DNA of 64,000 nucleotides from a virus (Duplodnaviria > Heunggongvirae > Uroviricota > Caudoviricetes), in the IMG/VR virus record IMGVR_UViG_3300038443_000233, positions 1 through 64,000 of that record. One strand, written 5' to 3'. Both the position numbers and the translations under genes were made by a program. Each line of letters opens with the position of its first letter. Within the stretch, counting starts at the first letter, position 1. The notes under the pieces were generated by a model. The model did no database searches. It was given only the letters and a program-made list of their open reading frames with translations, and was not told the origin of the DNA. Positions 28,765 to 37,128 of this stretch are shown here, piece by piece.

Positions 28765-28955
28765 TGAAAACCGGATACCTCAAAAAGGACCGTCAGGAAC
28801 GGTTCAATATGAAACGGGCTTGGTTCGTAAATGCATGGCGTATCGTGGACGCTCAAGGGGTAGACATGGTGCAACCATGGTGCAATACGAAAACCGATGC
28901 TAGACGAGTTGCAAAACAATTGAATATCAACCTTATCGAAAGTGACGAGAAATGA
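28764..28955 (+). CDS. early small protein (63 aa)
   Basis: ORF with overlapping ATGA coupling. Confidence 0.45.
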   Translation: MKTGYLKKDRQERFNMKRAWFVNAWRIVDAQGVDMVQPWCNTKTDARRVAKQLNINLIESDEK

Positions 28956-29557
28956 AAAACTTTAAATCGTCTGTGCCGTTGTTGGTGCAAGCAAAGATTC
29001 ATTCCCTCGCAACGGAAATCAAACTTTCCTTTTCCGATGTCGTCACGTGCCGTTATGAATCAATGGGTGACGTTCGTATGTCCGACATCGAAGGTAATTA
29101 CGTATCCGGATGGATGCCACGTCAGGACGGCGGATTTGATGTTAGTTTGCTTGTCGACAGTGGTATCGATTCGTCCTACCACGTAACACCCAAGCAAACG
29201 GAATTCGTCAACGAACAGGAAAAGAATTGCTTTAACGCGTTCCTATCGGATAACGATTTGGACGACGAAACGTCATGGGATGATTTGACGGATGAACAGA
29301 AAGAGGAATATTGCAATTACCAGCATGATTGGTTTTCTGACGGTGCATTGATTCAGATTCAAATCTTCGCATCGGGTTATCCCGGTTCCTACTGGGAAGA
29401 GAAAGAGCAAACGATCACCGTACGCGTTAGCGTCAATTACAGAGATGCCCCTTATTTCCGTGAAAAATCCGCTGAAGACATCAAGCAACTGATTCTGTCC
29501 GAAGCTGAATTTATGGAAATGTCCAACGCGGACATCATGAAACAAATCACGATCTAA
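28952..29557 (+). CDS. early acidic protein (201 aa)
   Basis: ORF. Confidence 0.5.
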   Translation: MKNFKSSVPLLVQAKIHSLATEIKLSFSDVVTCRYESMGDVRMSDIEGNYVSGWMPRQDGGFDVSLLVDSGIDSSYHVTPKQTEFVNEQEKNCFNAFLSDNDLDDETSWDDLTDEQKEEYCNYQHDWFSDGALIQIQIFASGYPGSYWEEKEQTITVRVSVNYRDAPYFREKSAEDIKQLILSEAEFMEMSNADIMKQITI

Positions 29558-29569
29558 AGGAAAACAGAA

Positions 29570-29830
29570 ATGAAAGCATATCAGGCATACGGCAAAGCTG
29601 GACGCGTCACTAAACCTACGCCACGACAAGCGGCATTGGCCTATTTCGACCAATGGCCTACCAGCCGTAAATGCGATGTCATACAAGGGGAAACGGACGG
29701 CAATTTCTTTACCGTGAAATACGGGCGTGCGTCTAACGGTGACTGGCCGGAAAGCTTCAAAGGCATTACCAAGAAAACCGCAAGCGAATTGCACGATAAC
29801 GCCCAAGGGGAAGCAAATGAGCCGCAATAA
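29570..29830 (+). CDS. early small protein (86 aa)
   Basis: ORF with an 'aaggaaaa' RBS. Confidence 0.45.
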   Translation: MKAYQAYGKAGRVTKPTPRQAALAYFDQWPTSRKCDVIQGETDGNFFTVKYGRASNGDWPESFKGITKKTASELHDNAQGEANEPQ

Positions 29831-30071
29831 AACGGAGGGATGGTACAAAGGGAAAATAAACGGCGTGCACCAGCGTAACGGCGTTACGTGGGGCCGCACA
29901 TGCAAACGCACATATCGGGGCGGCGTGAATTTCAACACGCGTACACGAGCCATGCGCAAGTATTGGAAAATGCTTAACTCCAATTCAGCACCAGAGAATC
30001 AAGGCAAATGGGGCGGATGGATTAAACCCGAATCATTCCCCGCACCGTGCAAGCTGTACCCGGATGACTAA
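29817..30071 (+). CDS. early small basic protein (~84 aa)
   Basis: ATG at 29817 after 'aagggga', with a 14-nt overlap with the upstream gene. It is followed by a terminator. Confidence 0.45.
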   Translation: MSRNKTEGWYKGKINGVHQRNGVTWGRTCKRTYRGGVNFNTRTRAMRKYWKMLNSNSAPENQGKWGGWIKPESFPAPCKLYPDD

Positions 30072-30078
30072 CCACATA

Positions 30079-30114
30079 GGCCCGTACCTAGACAGGACGG
30101 GCCTTTTCTTTTAG
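30079..30114 (+). terminator. intrinsic terminator of early operon
   Basis: The stem GGCCCGT...ACGGGCC is followed by ttttctttt. Confidence 0.7.
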
Positions 30115-30412
30115 GCAATACTTGCGTAATCAATGAGTAGTCAACCAGCCCTGTCTGCCGACCTAGTACGTAACCCTACCTAACCATGCATGCGGTAACA
30201 CGCCTAGAACGCATGGGAATGGGCCTACATTCAACGAACGCCATTACTTGGCTAGGCTGGTATAGGCAAGCCTATTTAAAACGCTCTAAACGCGTCCTGT
30301 AGAACGTACATATAACACTGTTATTCGCAACGATTATAGTCATAGTCTAGTGCCATAGGCACAGAACATAACTCTATCGGCCTATGGCCGTTGCCTGTAC
30401 TACCTTCCCCAT

Positions 30413-30434
30413 TGACCCCTTGAACGGGGTCAAC
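30413..30434. repeat. perfect palindrome TTGACCCC-TTGAAC-GGGGTCAA
   Basis: 8-bp arms, located inside the palindrome array region. Confidence 0.6.
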
Positions 30435-30916
30435 CTATAGGCCATTGGCCTAATCCTACCTGTGCCATTGGCACAATAGATAACTCTATCGTTCTCTATT
30501 CATCATTCCTATATCATCCCCACATAGCAGAAATACTATCGCCTATGGCGAATTAATAGCACATAGCCATAGGCTATGGCATATACCATGCCCATAGGGC
30601 ATAGCAATAATAGCCTGTGCCTATGGCACTAGACATACTCATATGTGTAGCCAATGACAGACAGGCGGGGCGTTAGCTTAGCCTGTGCACTAGCCAATGG
30701 CTCTTTCTTGGCACGAGAATTGCATGTCCGGGCCTTTGGCCCCTACCAAACGCTATCGATCTACACTCGGCCATAGGCCAGAGCTATAATCGTTTAAACG
30801 AGCTATGAGGCGTTTGCAGAACGCACCCTAGTGCGGACATCAACGAGGCATCGTTCGGCCCTCTACGGGCCTATACGCAAGCCGTAGGCATATCCCTGTG
30901 CCAATGGCACGAATAG

Positions 30917-30925
30917 TTATCCACA
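30917..30925 (+). promoter_or_regulatory. perfect DnaA box TTATCCACA within the palindrome array (a near-box, TTGTGGACA on the opposite strand, lies 20 bp downstream)
   Basis: Exact consensus 9-mer. Confidence 0.45.
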
Positions 30926-31261
30926 CTGGACAGGTAGATGTCCACAACCCAGACGTTCCTCTGGATTTTATACACAGCCCTTTAAACGCGTTTAGAGGCC
31001 CATAGCGACGTTCTCTGTGCCGATGGCACTTTCCCCCTGTCTGAGCCCTCCGGGCTGCTCCTATGATATTTCTGAGCCATTGGCGACCCCAATCGCCGCC
31101 CCCGGCGAGCCGTTAAGCAATCCGTTCGCCCTCCGCAGGTATTACCCTTTTTGAACATATCATCTTGAACGTGTTTCATAGGAGAAATGCCGAGAAAGTT
31201 TCGGCAGTGGGCGGATAAATTTCGCCAATGGCGATGGATATTGCGAATGAGGGCTGTTTCT

Positions 31262-31285
31262 TAAATTTTTTTTTTTTAAGAAAAT
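31262..31285. repeat. homopolymeric T12 tract flanked by CTTAAA/TTTAAG
   Basis: The sequence is cttaaattttttttttttaag. Confidence 0.7.
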
Positions 31286-31467
31286 CAATGACTTAGAAAT
31301 ACAAAGAGCCGGTGCAGCACAACGGCTACATCCCGGCTCTAGGGCTTACAGTTGACGGGCATGGCTGTAAGCATTTGCTCTATAGGGCCAATGGCCCGGT
31401 AGCCCGTGCAGTGACTTGACGTACGCTACACAGCGTAGGATATTCCAAGAGAACGTCAAGAAAAGAA

Positions 31468-31500
31468 AAGCCCCGCACGAGGCGGGGCCAAAGGGTATGC
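31468..31500 (-). terminator. intrinsic terminator for minus-strand operon
   Basis: On the minus strand, GGCCCCGCctcgtGCGGGGCC is followed by ttttcttttc. Confidence 0.65.
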
Positions 31501-31664
31501 CTTTCGGCGTACGCCCGGATGGAAACGGGCAAGAGGAATGTTATGCCCATTGGGCAGGTAGGTATTGATCCAGCTCACGCTGGAGCCAGCCCGCTAGGCG
31601 GGAAGCGGTCATTCCTGAACAGCTCGCGTAGGCGAGCCAATAGGGAAGTAAGCATATTTCTCCT

Positions 31665-31865
31665 TTAGTCAAAGATTTTGGTAAGCTCGTAACGTTTGTT
31701 ATTGTACGAGGGATGGAGTCGATGGTTGCAACCCATCCTTACGGCCCAGTCGGTGAACGCATTGTTCAATCCAACCAGTCCACAGCCAGTGCACCATTGC
31801 TTTCCTCCGACCCGGAGGTCGAAGGTGTGAGGCTCGTATTCGTATTTCTCCTTGGGTTGAGCCAT
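31665..31865 (-). CDS. hypothetical small protein (66 aa)
   Basis: Last gene of the minus-strand operon. Confidence 0.4.
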   Translation of the reverse strand: MAQPKEKYEYEPHTFDLRVGGKQWCTGCGLVGLNNAFTDWAVRMGCNHRLHPSYNNKRYELTKIFD

Positions 31866-31866
31866 G

Positions 31867-32205
31867 TCAATAGTCCGGATTGGAACGGCGGAAGCGGATA
31901 CTCTTCATCCCTGTCCTCCAGTCGAACCGCTCCCACGTCGTCTTCACGTCCAAGTCCTTCCGATCCTTCGGCGGAGCGGGACGGAGATACGTATCGATAC
32001 ACGTTTCGATAACTCCGCCATCCATTAGAACGCCATAGGCGATGCGGAAGACAGGATGGAAGCCGGGTAGTGCTACCACAGTACCTATCATACCGTTGTA
32101 GACGCAATCCGCCGAGAAATCGGGGAGTCCGTGAATCTCGACCCTCTGGCCTACCTCGAATTTGTAAGTCGTCATGACTTGCTTTCCGCGAACTCTTTGA
32201 TTTCG
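31867..32205 (-). CDS. hypothetical protein (~112 aa)
   Basis: ORF 31867..32340. The likely start is MTTYKFEV. Confidence 0.4.
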   Translation of the reverse strand, partial: RNQRVRGKQVMTTYKFEVGQRVEIHGLPDFSADCVYNGMIGTVVALPGFHPVFRIAYGVLMDGGVIETCIDTYLRPAPPKDRKDLDVKTTWERFDWRTGMKSIRFRRSNPDY

Positions 32206-32372
32206 TTCATCATTGCGTTCTGGGCATGCATAGCACTGTCTCCGTAGTATTGGGCGTACTTCTGTTCGAAGACAGCGTGTGTCGTACCATTGACTCCTTG
32301 CTTTTCGAAATCCACGATAGCAATGATTCTGTCGCTGCAATGGCGCATCGTAATGTTTTTGATAAGGCTCAT
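32172..32372 (-). CDS. hypothetical small protein (66 aa)
   Basis: ORF that overlaps its downstream neighbour by ~34 nt. Confidence 0.35.
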   Translation of the reverse strand: MSLIKNITMRHCSDRIIAIVDFEKQGVNGTTHAVFEQKYAQYYGDSAMHAQNAMMNEIKEFAESKS

Positions 32373-32523
32373 TTCTTCTCCTTCAGTAGAGCGTACATAC
32401 GTTCCGTAGTTGCATCGTAGACAGCCTTAGCTGCCTTAGCTCGTCCTTCCACCGGACCCTCCGTCAGAGCCCGGTAGAGTTCGCTACCCTTCGCAGCGAA
32501 CGTGTCCTTGTATGGGATGCCAT

Positions 32524-32787
32524 TCATAGAGAATACGAACTCCCGTTTGGGTAGTGTGGTCCATGCCCCGGAGGGGTAGATGGAAGCTCCTGACGCTCAT
32601 ATTCCACCTTACCGCAATGGCAGCACTTCTGCTGGTACTGGACAGGCCATGACACTAGAGCAATACCTGTGTAGTGGTAGCAGTGTTCCTTACAGTCTTC
32701 CTTATTCATTTCTTCTCCTTCGTAGATAGTGCTTCGTACACACGGAACTCCGTCAGGTAGAACGTCTGCTTCGCATCCTCGCAGCAC
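32524..32787 (-). CDS. hypothetical Cys-rich small protein (87 aa)
   Basis: It contains C..C/CC.C motifs. Confidence 0.35.
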   Translation of the reverse strand: MLRGCEADVLPDGVPCVRSTIYEGEEMNKEDCKEHCYHYTGIALVSWPVQYQQKCCHCGKVEYERQELPSTPPGHGPHYPNGSSYSL

Positions 32788-32895
32788 TCCGTAGCTTCCG
32801 TTCTGTCAGCGAATGGGCCAGCGAACGTCACCCACCCGTCCACGCTAAGAGTTTGTACGTTCCAGCCGTTGTGGTTCACAGCGTTTCGGTCTTCC
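32706..32895 (-). CDS. hypothetical small protein
   Basis: ORF 32706..32963. The likely start is MEDRNAV. Confidence 0.3.
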
Positions 32896-32898
32896 ATG

Positions 32899-33075
32899 TC
32901 AGTCCTTTTCATGGAAATCGAGGTACTGATATACCCCGTACAGTGCAATACCGAACAGGACAAGGACCACGAACAGCCCTTTCGTCCACACCATCATCAG
33001 CATTACCAGCAGCACGCCTAGCATTGCAAGCACTACGATGAACAGTGCCTTCATCAGTCGTACAAATTTCTTCAT
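32899..33075 (-). CDS. small membrane protein (58 aa, 2 TM)
   Basis: The product MKKFVRLMKALFIVVLAMLGVLLVMLMMVWTKGLFVVLVLFGIALYGV... is below the size cut-off of the supplied track. Confidence 0.35.
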   Translation of the reverse strand: MKKFVRLMKALFIVVLAMLGVLLVMLMMVWTKGLFVVLVLFGIALYGVYQYLDFHEKD

Positions 33076-33298
33076 TTCATATCCTCCGCGATAAATAGCC
33101 CGTTGTCACAACGGTAGGTACGTACTGGTTCGTTCCGAGTCGCCACGTACCCTTCAGGGCGACAGTTATGCTCTTGGTAAAACGTCGATACCCTCTGCGT
33201 CTTCTCTTCCGCACGGACAGCGTTCACCCTTAGCATGTAGATTGCGTTCGCTGCGAACGCGATAATGCACAGCTATGCAACGATATGTCCGAATCGCA

Positions 33299-33610
33299 TT
33301 ACGCCCCCTTGCAGCATGTGCTGTCTTCGTTTTCAACTTCAGGCATCGCCAAGTACTCTTGGTACGACTTCCTCATATGGTCAATCAACCCTCGCGGGAT
33401 TGCAGGTTTAGGCTCGATATGGCTATAGTCTGAACTCCCGCCAGTGCCGAAGCATCGTGGGCAATCCTCCGGCCCGTCAAGGCTTTTGAACCCTCCACCG
33501 ACCGTCCCGCTTCCTCCGCAATAGTCGCAGTTGTGATAGGTCGGCTCCGTCTTGCATTTGTAGTCGAGCGTAGCTGCTAACTTCCAGTCTTTCGTATCTA
33601 CGGCAGGCAT
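33299..33610 (-). CDS. DnaJ-type zinc-finger small protein (CxxCxGxG repeats)
   Basis: It carries CDYCGGSG and CPRCFGTG motifs. Confidence 0.5.
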   Translation of the reverse strand: MPAVDTKDWKLAATLDYKCKTEPTYHNCDYCGGSGTVGGGFKSLDGPEDCPRCFGTGGSSDYSHIEPKPAIPRGLIDHMRKSYQEYLAMPEVENEDSTCCKGA

Positions 33611-33666
33611 GTAGTGCTCCTTGGTAAGTTTGTAGGTAGGATTGTAGCCCTACCTATGCTGTTGTG

Positions 33667-34809
33667 TCAAGTGTTGTAGCTGGTGTACGTCGGAATCGCG
33701 GGTGGCTTGCGGGTCAGGACAGGCTTCCGTTCGTTCCAACGTTGAGAAATTACCACAACGCCCTTCGCTGTGAAGCGGCTCTGCTCGAATGTTACGCCTT
33801 CAGCATTTACGCTGGTCTTCATATCGAACAGCTTCATACCTTTAGGGCCGTACCTGTCGGTGTGCACCCACTTACCATTCAAGCGACGATTGTATCCGTT
33901 ATCTACGAGGAAGTTGCGGAATTCGCGCTCGTTTGCTCCCAGCAGCTTCGCTACGACGCGGAACGGTTTTAGTTCTTGTCCGTCAACATACTTATCAACG
34001 AATTCGACTGACGGCTTCTGAGTCTCGATGAGCATCGTCTGCTGTTCGATCTGCACGGCCTTCTGTGCATTCTCCAGTTGCAGGGCTTCCGTACGTTGCA
34101 CGTTAGCTGCCAGTTCCAGAAGCGCTTCGGCGTACGTCTGCGGAAGCTTGAACGTAGTGTTTGCTACTTGATGTTCCAGTTCCGTCAAGCGGTCATATAC
34201 TTTCGTCTGAACTTCCAGCGATTCCGACATTACCATCAGTTCCGCTTCCCGCTTTGGCAGGTAGTAGCAGGGGTTGGTCTTCCCATTTCCCCCTACGTAG
34301 TAGCCCGAAAAATTCCGGGCTTCGATTCCGGGGTGAGAGCGGATTTTCACCATGAAGTCATCGTGGCGCAGTTCAGCCTTGCCAGTAGGGCGAAGCTGGT
34401 TGATGACTTCCACGATTTCCACAGACGACATCGTTTTGACGTTCGCCAGATGGACAGGAGGCGTGAACTTTTTAGCGACAGGCGCTACTGCTACAGCGGT
34501 GGTCGGGACATGACGCTCAAGGTACACTTGGACAGCTCTTGCGACCCCACCCTCCGTGCGCCGAGCGAACTCCAGTGCAGTCCGGATTGACAACTTGTAG
34601 TCCATACGCCCTTTTCTCGGCGGTGCGATATTGGATGTATCGACAGCAACGTAATCAACGTTCTCGACGGAACGCGTTACTGCAAGCTTCTTCTTAGCCC
34701 AGTCGGAGAAATCTTGACCGAGTTGCAGGCGGGTATGCAGCTCCCGTGCGTCAACGGTGTCAATTACCACGCCGCCGACTTGTTCTTTGTTAATTTGAAT
34801 CAGTTCCAT
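33667..34809 (-). CDS. putative antirepressor-like protein (Ant/ORF6N-like N-terminus, KilAC-like C-terminus)
   Basis: The start MELIQINKEQ follows the conserved leader. A promoter TTGCGG-17-TACAAT lies at ~34844-34872. The domain assignment is tentative. Confidence 0.45.
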   Translation of the reverse strand: MELIQINKEQVGGVVIDTVDARELHTRLQLGQDFSDWAKKKLAVTRSVENVDYVAVDTSNIAPPRKGRMDYKLSIRTALEFARRTEGGVARAVQVYLERHVPTTAVAVAPVAKKFTPPVHLANVKTMSSVEIVEVINQLRPTGKAELRHDDFMVKIRSHPGIEARNFSGYYVGGNGKTNPCYYLPKREAELMVMSESLEVQTKVYDRLTELEHQVANTTFKLPQTYAEALLELAANVQRTEALQLENAQKAVQIEQQTMLIETQKPSVEFVDKYVDGQELKPFRVVAKLLGANEREFRNFLVDNGYNRRLNGKWVHTDRYGPKGMKLFDMKTSVNAEGVTFEQSRFTAKGVVVISQRWNERKPVLTRKPPAIPTYTSYNT

Positions 34810-34856
34810 CTGTGTTACTCCTTGGGTTGGTTGAGGAAGTACGATTGTAGTGCTAC

Positions 34857-35411
34857 TTACGCTGCACCGCAAGCGTTTTGTTGCTGAAATTCACGCACGA
34901 TGGCGTCCAGCTTCGCCCAGAGCACCGGGCAACCGCCGACGAGGGCTCCGTCCAGTAGCTCACGCGTCTCTGCAACGATGACAGGAGCGAATTTCGGATC
35001 GTGTTCGATGACGGACGGCAGGTTGTCGCAGCGGTCGGCCAGCTTGATCGTCTTGACGACGGCTGGAGCGTCCTTCAGGCGGGCGATTTCGAACGCTTTG
35101 CGCTCCGCACGGGACGGTGCCGGAGCTTCCCACTCAGTTTTCGTCAGCCAACCCACGAGGACGGCCACGTCGTTGCCGAAATACTCGATGATCTGCTCGT
35201 GCGTGATGTGCGTGTCCTCGACCGTATCGTGCAGCAGGGCCGCTTGAAGCGTCACGAGGTCTTTGTGACCGTGCTGGTCGAGAATTTCAGCGACACGTTT
35301 CGGGTGATGGTAATAATCCTCGCCTGTGTACTTGCGCTTCTGGCCCGCGTGAGCAGCCAGTGCGAAGCCCGAAGCCGCTGCGATAGTCATATCGAATTCA
35401 AAGTCCGTCAT
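34857..35411 (-). CDS. HD-domain (p)ppGpp hydrolase, SpoT/RelA-hydrolase-like small alarmone hydrolase
   Basis: AHAGQKRKYTGEDYYHHPKRVAEIL...AALLHDTVEDT aligns to the SpoT HD motif HxGQ.R..GEPY..HP..VA.IL...AALLHD..EDT. Confidence 0.75.
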   Translation of the reverse strand: MTDFEFDMTIAAASGFALAAHAGQKRKYTGEDYYHHPKRVAEILDQHGHKDLVTLQAALLHDTVEDTHITHEQIIEYFGNDVAVLVGWLTKTEWEAPAPSRAERKAFEIARLKDAPAVVKTIKLADRCDNLPSVIEHDPKFAPVIVAETRELLDGALVGGCPVLWAKLDAIVREFQQQNACGAA

Positions 35412-35424
35412 TTTCTTCTCCTTT

Positions 35425-35445
35425 GGTTAAAAAGCCGGGACTCCC
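35425..35445 (-). terminator. hairpin GCCGGGAgtCCCGGC + T-run (minus strand)
   Basis: It lies downstream of the recombinase gene. Confidence 0.45.
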
Positions 35446-35476
35446 GGCAAAATTTTTGCGGCCCGCCTGCGGCGCT

Positions 35477-36148
35477 TCACGCTACCTCTCTGAAGCGGTC
35501 TACGACGTTTTTGACGGACATGGCGTGCCATTCACCGCCACGGGCGGTCTTCACCCGCATGTCGTTCAATTCGTTCGCCATCGCCCGGTAGGACATCCCG
35601 GCGAGGATCATACGCTGGATCATCGGGCGGAGTTTGTCAGCAAACGCGTCAGCCTGTTCCTTGAGGGCCAAGGAAGCGCATGCGACAGCCTTCGCACGGA
35701 CAGCGGCAGACGCCCCAAGAACCTCGCCACGGGCTTTCTTGGCTTGCAGGCCATCCCGTGTGCGGTCCGAAATCATCTTGCGCTCTTTCTCCGCCAAACC
35801 GGCGTAGATGTGCAGCGTGAACGGGTCAACGTCCTCGCCAAGCTGGGTCACGATAGTGCGGGGATTGTCGCGGACGTACGTGAGGATGAACACGGCGTCA
35901 CGAGAGAGGCGGTCGAGCTTGTTGACGACGATGTAGGCGCCGATCTTCTTTGCTCGTTTGGTGATTTCAGCAAGCACCGGGCGCTCGTCATCGGCTCCAG
36001 TGCGGACTTCCTGAACTATTTCAACGATTTCGTAACCGTTGTAGTGGGCGAACAGGCGGATTGCCTCTGCCTGTGCCTCCAGACCGTTTTTCGTCTTGCC
36101 TTGCTCTTTGGTCGATACGCGGGTGTAGCCGATGATTTTCTTCTTCAT
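35477..36148 (-). CDS. serine recombinase (resolvase/invertase family)
   Basis: The catalytic N-terminus is IIGYTRVSTKEQ, with a C-terminal HTH. The start MKKKIIGY follows a GGAAGGA RBS. Confidence 0.8.
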   Translation of the reverse strand: MKKKIIGYTRVSTKEQGKTKNGLEAQAEAIRLFAHYNGYEIVEIVQEVRTGADDERPVLAEITKRAKKIGAYIVVNKLDRLSRDAVFILTYVRDNPRTIVTQLGEDVDPFTLHIYAGLAEKERKMISDRTRDGLQAKKARGEVLGASAAVRAKAVACASLALKEQADAFADKLRPMIQRMILAGMSYRAMANELNDMRVKTARGGEWHAMSVKNVVDRFREVA

Positions 36149-36207
36149 GATGTCCTTCCATGCGGTGGGTTGCGATGGAAGGATTATCACGTATAAAACC
36201 TAGACGG

Positions 36208-36603
36208 TCAAGCAGTTTTTGCAACTTTCGTATCTACGAACAAGAGGGCCAACTCTGCCTTCTGCTCTGCCAGCAGGGCGTCGAGCATCGCTTCCTGCTC
36301 ACGAGTGGTAGCCTGCTGCTGTTCAGGCAACTTACCAAATACGCGCATGTACTTCACGCGGATACGTTCTTTGCGGAAGATGGTCGAGATTTCTTCCTTG
36401 ATACGTTTCTGCATCTCGACGGCCTTATCCAGCTTTACAGCGTGTTTGCGACGATCCGCACATGCTTCCACGAAATACGCCGTCTCGCCTTGCTTGCGCC
36501 AATGTGCTGCTTCCAGCTTGCATTCCTTGACAGCAAATTGCAGCAGGGTAATGACATCGGCGTTCAGTTTCAGCGAATTGCGCAGGATCAGCAGGTTGCT
36601 CAT
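36208..36603 (-). CDS. hypothetical protein (131 aa)
   Basis: ORF. Confidence 0.4.
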   Translation of the reverse strand: MSNLLILRNSLKLNADVITLLQFAVKECKLEAAHWRKQGETAYFVEACADRRKHAVKLDKAVEMQKRIKEEISTIFRKERIRVKYMRVFGKLPEQQQATTREQEAMLDALLAEQKAELALLFVDTKVAKTA

Positions 36604-36737
36604 CTACTCAGACTCCAGTTGTTAGGTTATTTGTTCTCGGCATGTGGCCGACAGGAAGAATTATGCCGCAGGCGTAATGTAACGGAACAAGAAAATTTGA
36701 AAGTGTTGTTTCCGTACATCAATGTACGAACAAACAA

Positions 36738-37025
36738 TCACTTTCCGTCTGTCTTACCCCATCTGGCTTGACGAGCTTTAGCCAAGCTATCAGCTTTCGA
36801 CTGTTTAGGTGTCTGGTCCTGTACGCTCGCAACATTCGTGCGAAGACGTTGCACAGTGTCGTTGCTTCGCTCAAGCGTAACGGTGTACGTACCGCCCCAT
36901 AGACCTACTACATCTCCCGGATTTGCGACACTGATGGCCCAGCCATCCATGACCTTCAGTTCCAGTTCCTTCGCAAACTTTGCGAGACTGGTTTCCACGA
37001 TGTCGTGGTAGATGATGTCACTCAT
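36738..37025 (-). CDS. hypothetical protein (95 aa)
   Basis: ORF preceded by a 'ggaggta' RBS. Confidence 0.45.
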   Translation of the reverse strand: MSDIIYHDIVETSLAKFAKELELKVMDGWAISVANPGDVVGLWGGTYTVTLERSNDTVQRLRTNVASVQDQTPKQSKADSLAKARQARWGKTDGK

Positions 37026-37099
37026 TTAATACCTCCATGTTTATAAGTAAGAAGATTATATAGTACTCCTTACGATATGTCAAGTAGTACTGTCTAAAG

Positions 37100-37128
37100 T
37101 TGACAAACTTAAGACTATAGTGTAACAT
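37100..37128 (+). promoter_or_regulatory. sigma70-like promoter TTGACA-17-TAACAT
   Basis: Perfect -35 hexamer with a 17-nt spacer. Confidence 0.5.

Larger units (their letters stand above)
30340..31400. repeat. array of ~15 interrupted 13-bp palindromes NN-GCC-(A/T)3-GGC-N'N' in non-coding DNA
   Basis: Examples: GTGCCATAGGCAC at 30350, CGGCCTATGGCCG at 30378, AGGCCATTGGCCT at ~30427 and GTGCCATTGGCAC at ~30462. Further copies are CGCCTATGGCG, AGCCATAGGCT, GCCCATAGGGC, GTGCCTATGGCAC, AGCCAATGGCT and GGCCATAGGCC. The remainder are GTGCCAATGGCAC, GTGCCGATGGCAC, GCCATTGGC, CGCCAATGGCG and GGGCCAATGGCCC. The outer bases covary to preserve dyad symmetry. Confidence 0.85.

Noticed and set aside
30340-31400. 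CRISPR array
   Set aside because: The 13-bp palindromes are irregularly spaced and differ in their flanking bases. There are no uniform repeat-spacer units and no cas genes.
35477-36148. Integrase for lysogeny (large serine or tyrosine integrase)
   Set aside because: The protein is only ~224 aa with a resolvase/invertase-type architecture and lacks the large C-terminal domain of serine integrases. No tyrosine-recombinase motifs (R..HxxR..Y) were seen anywhere in the window.
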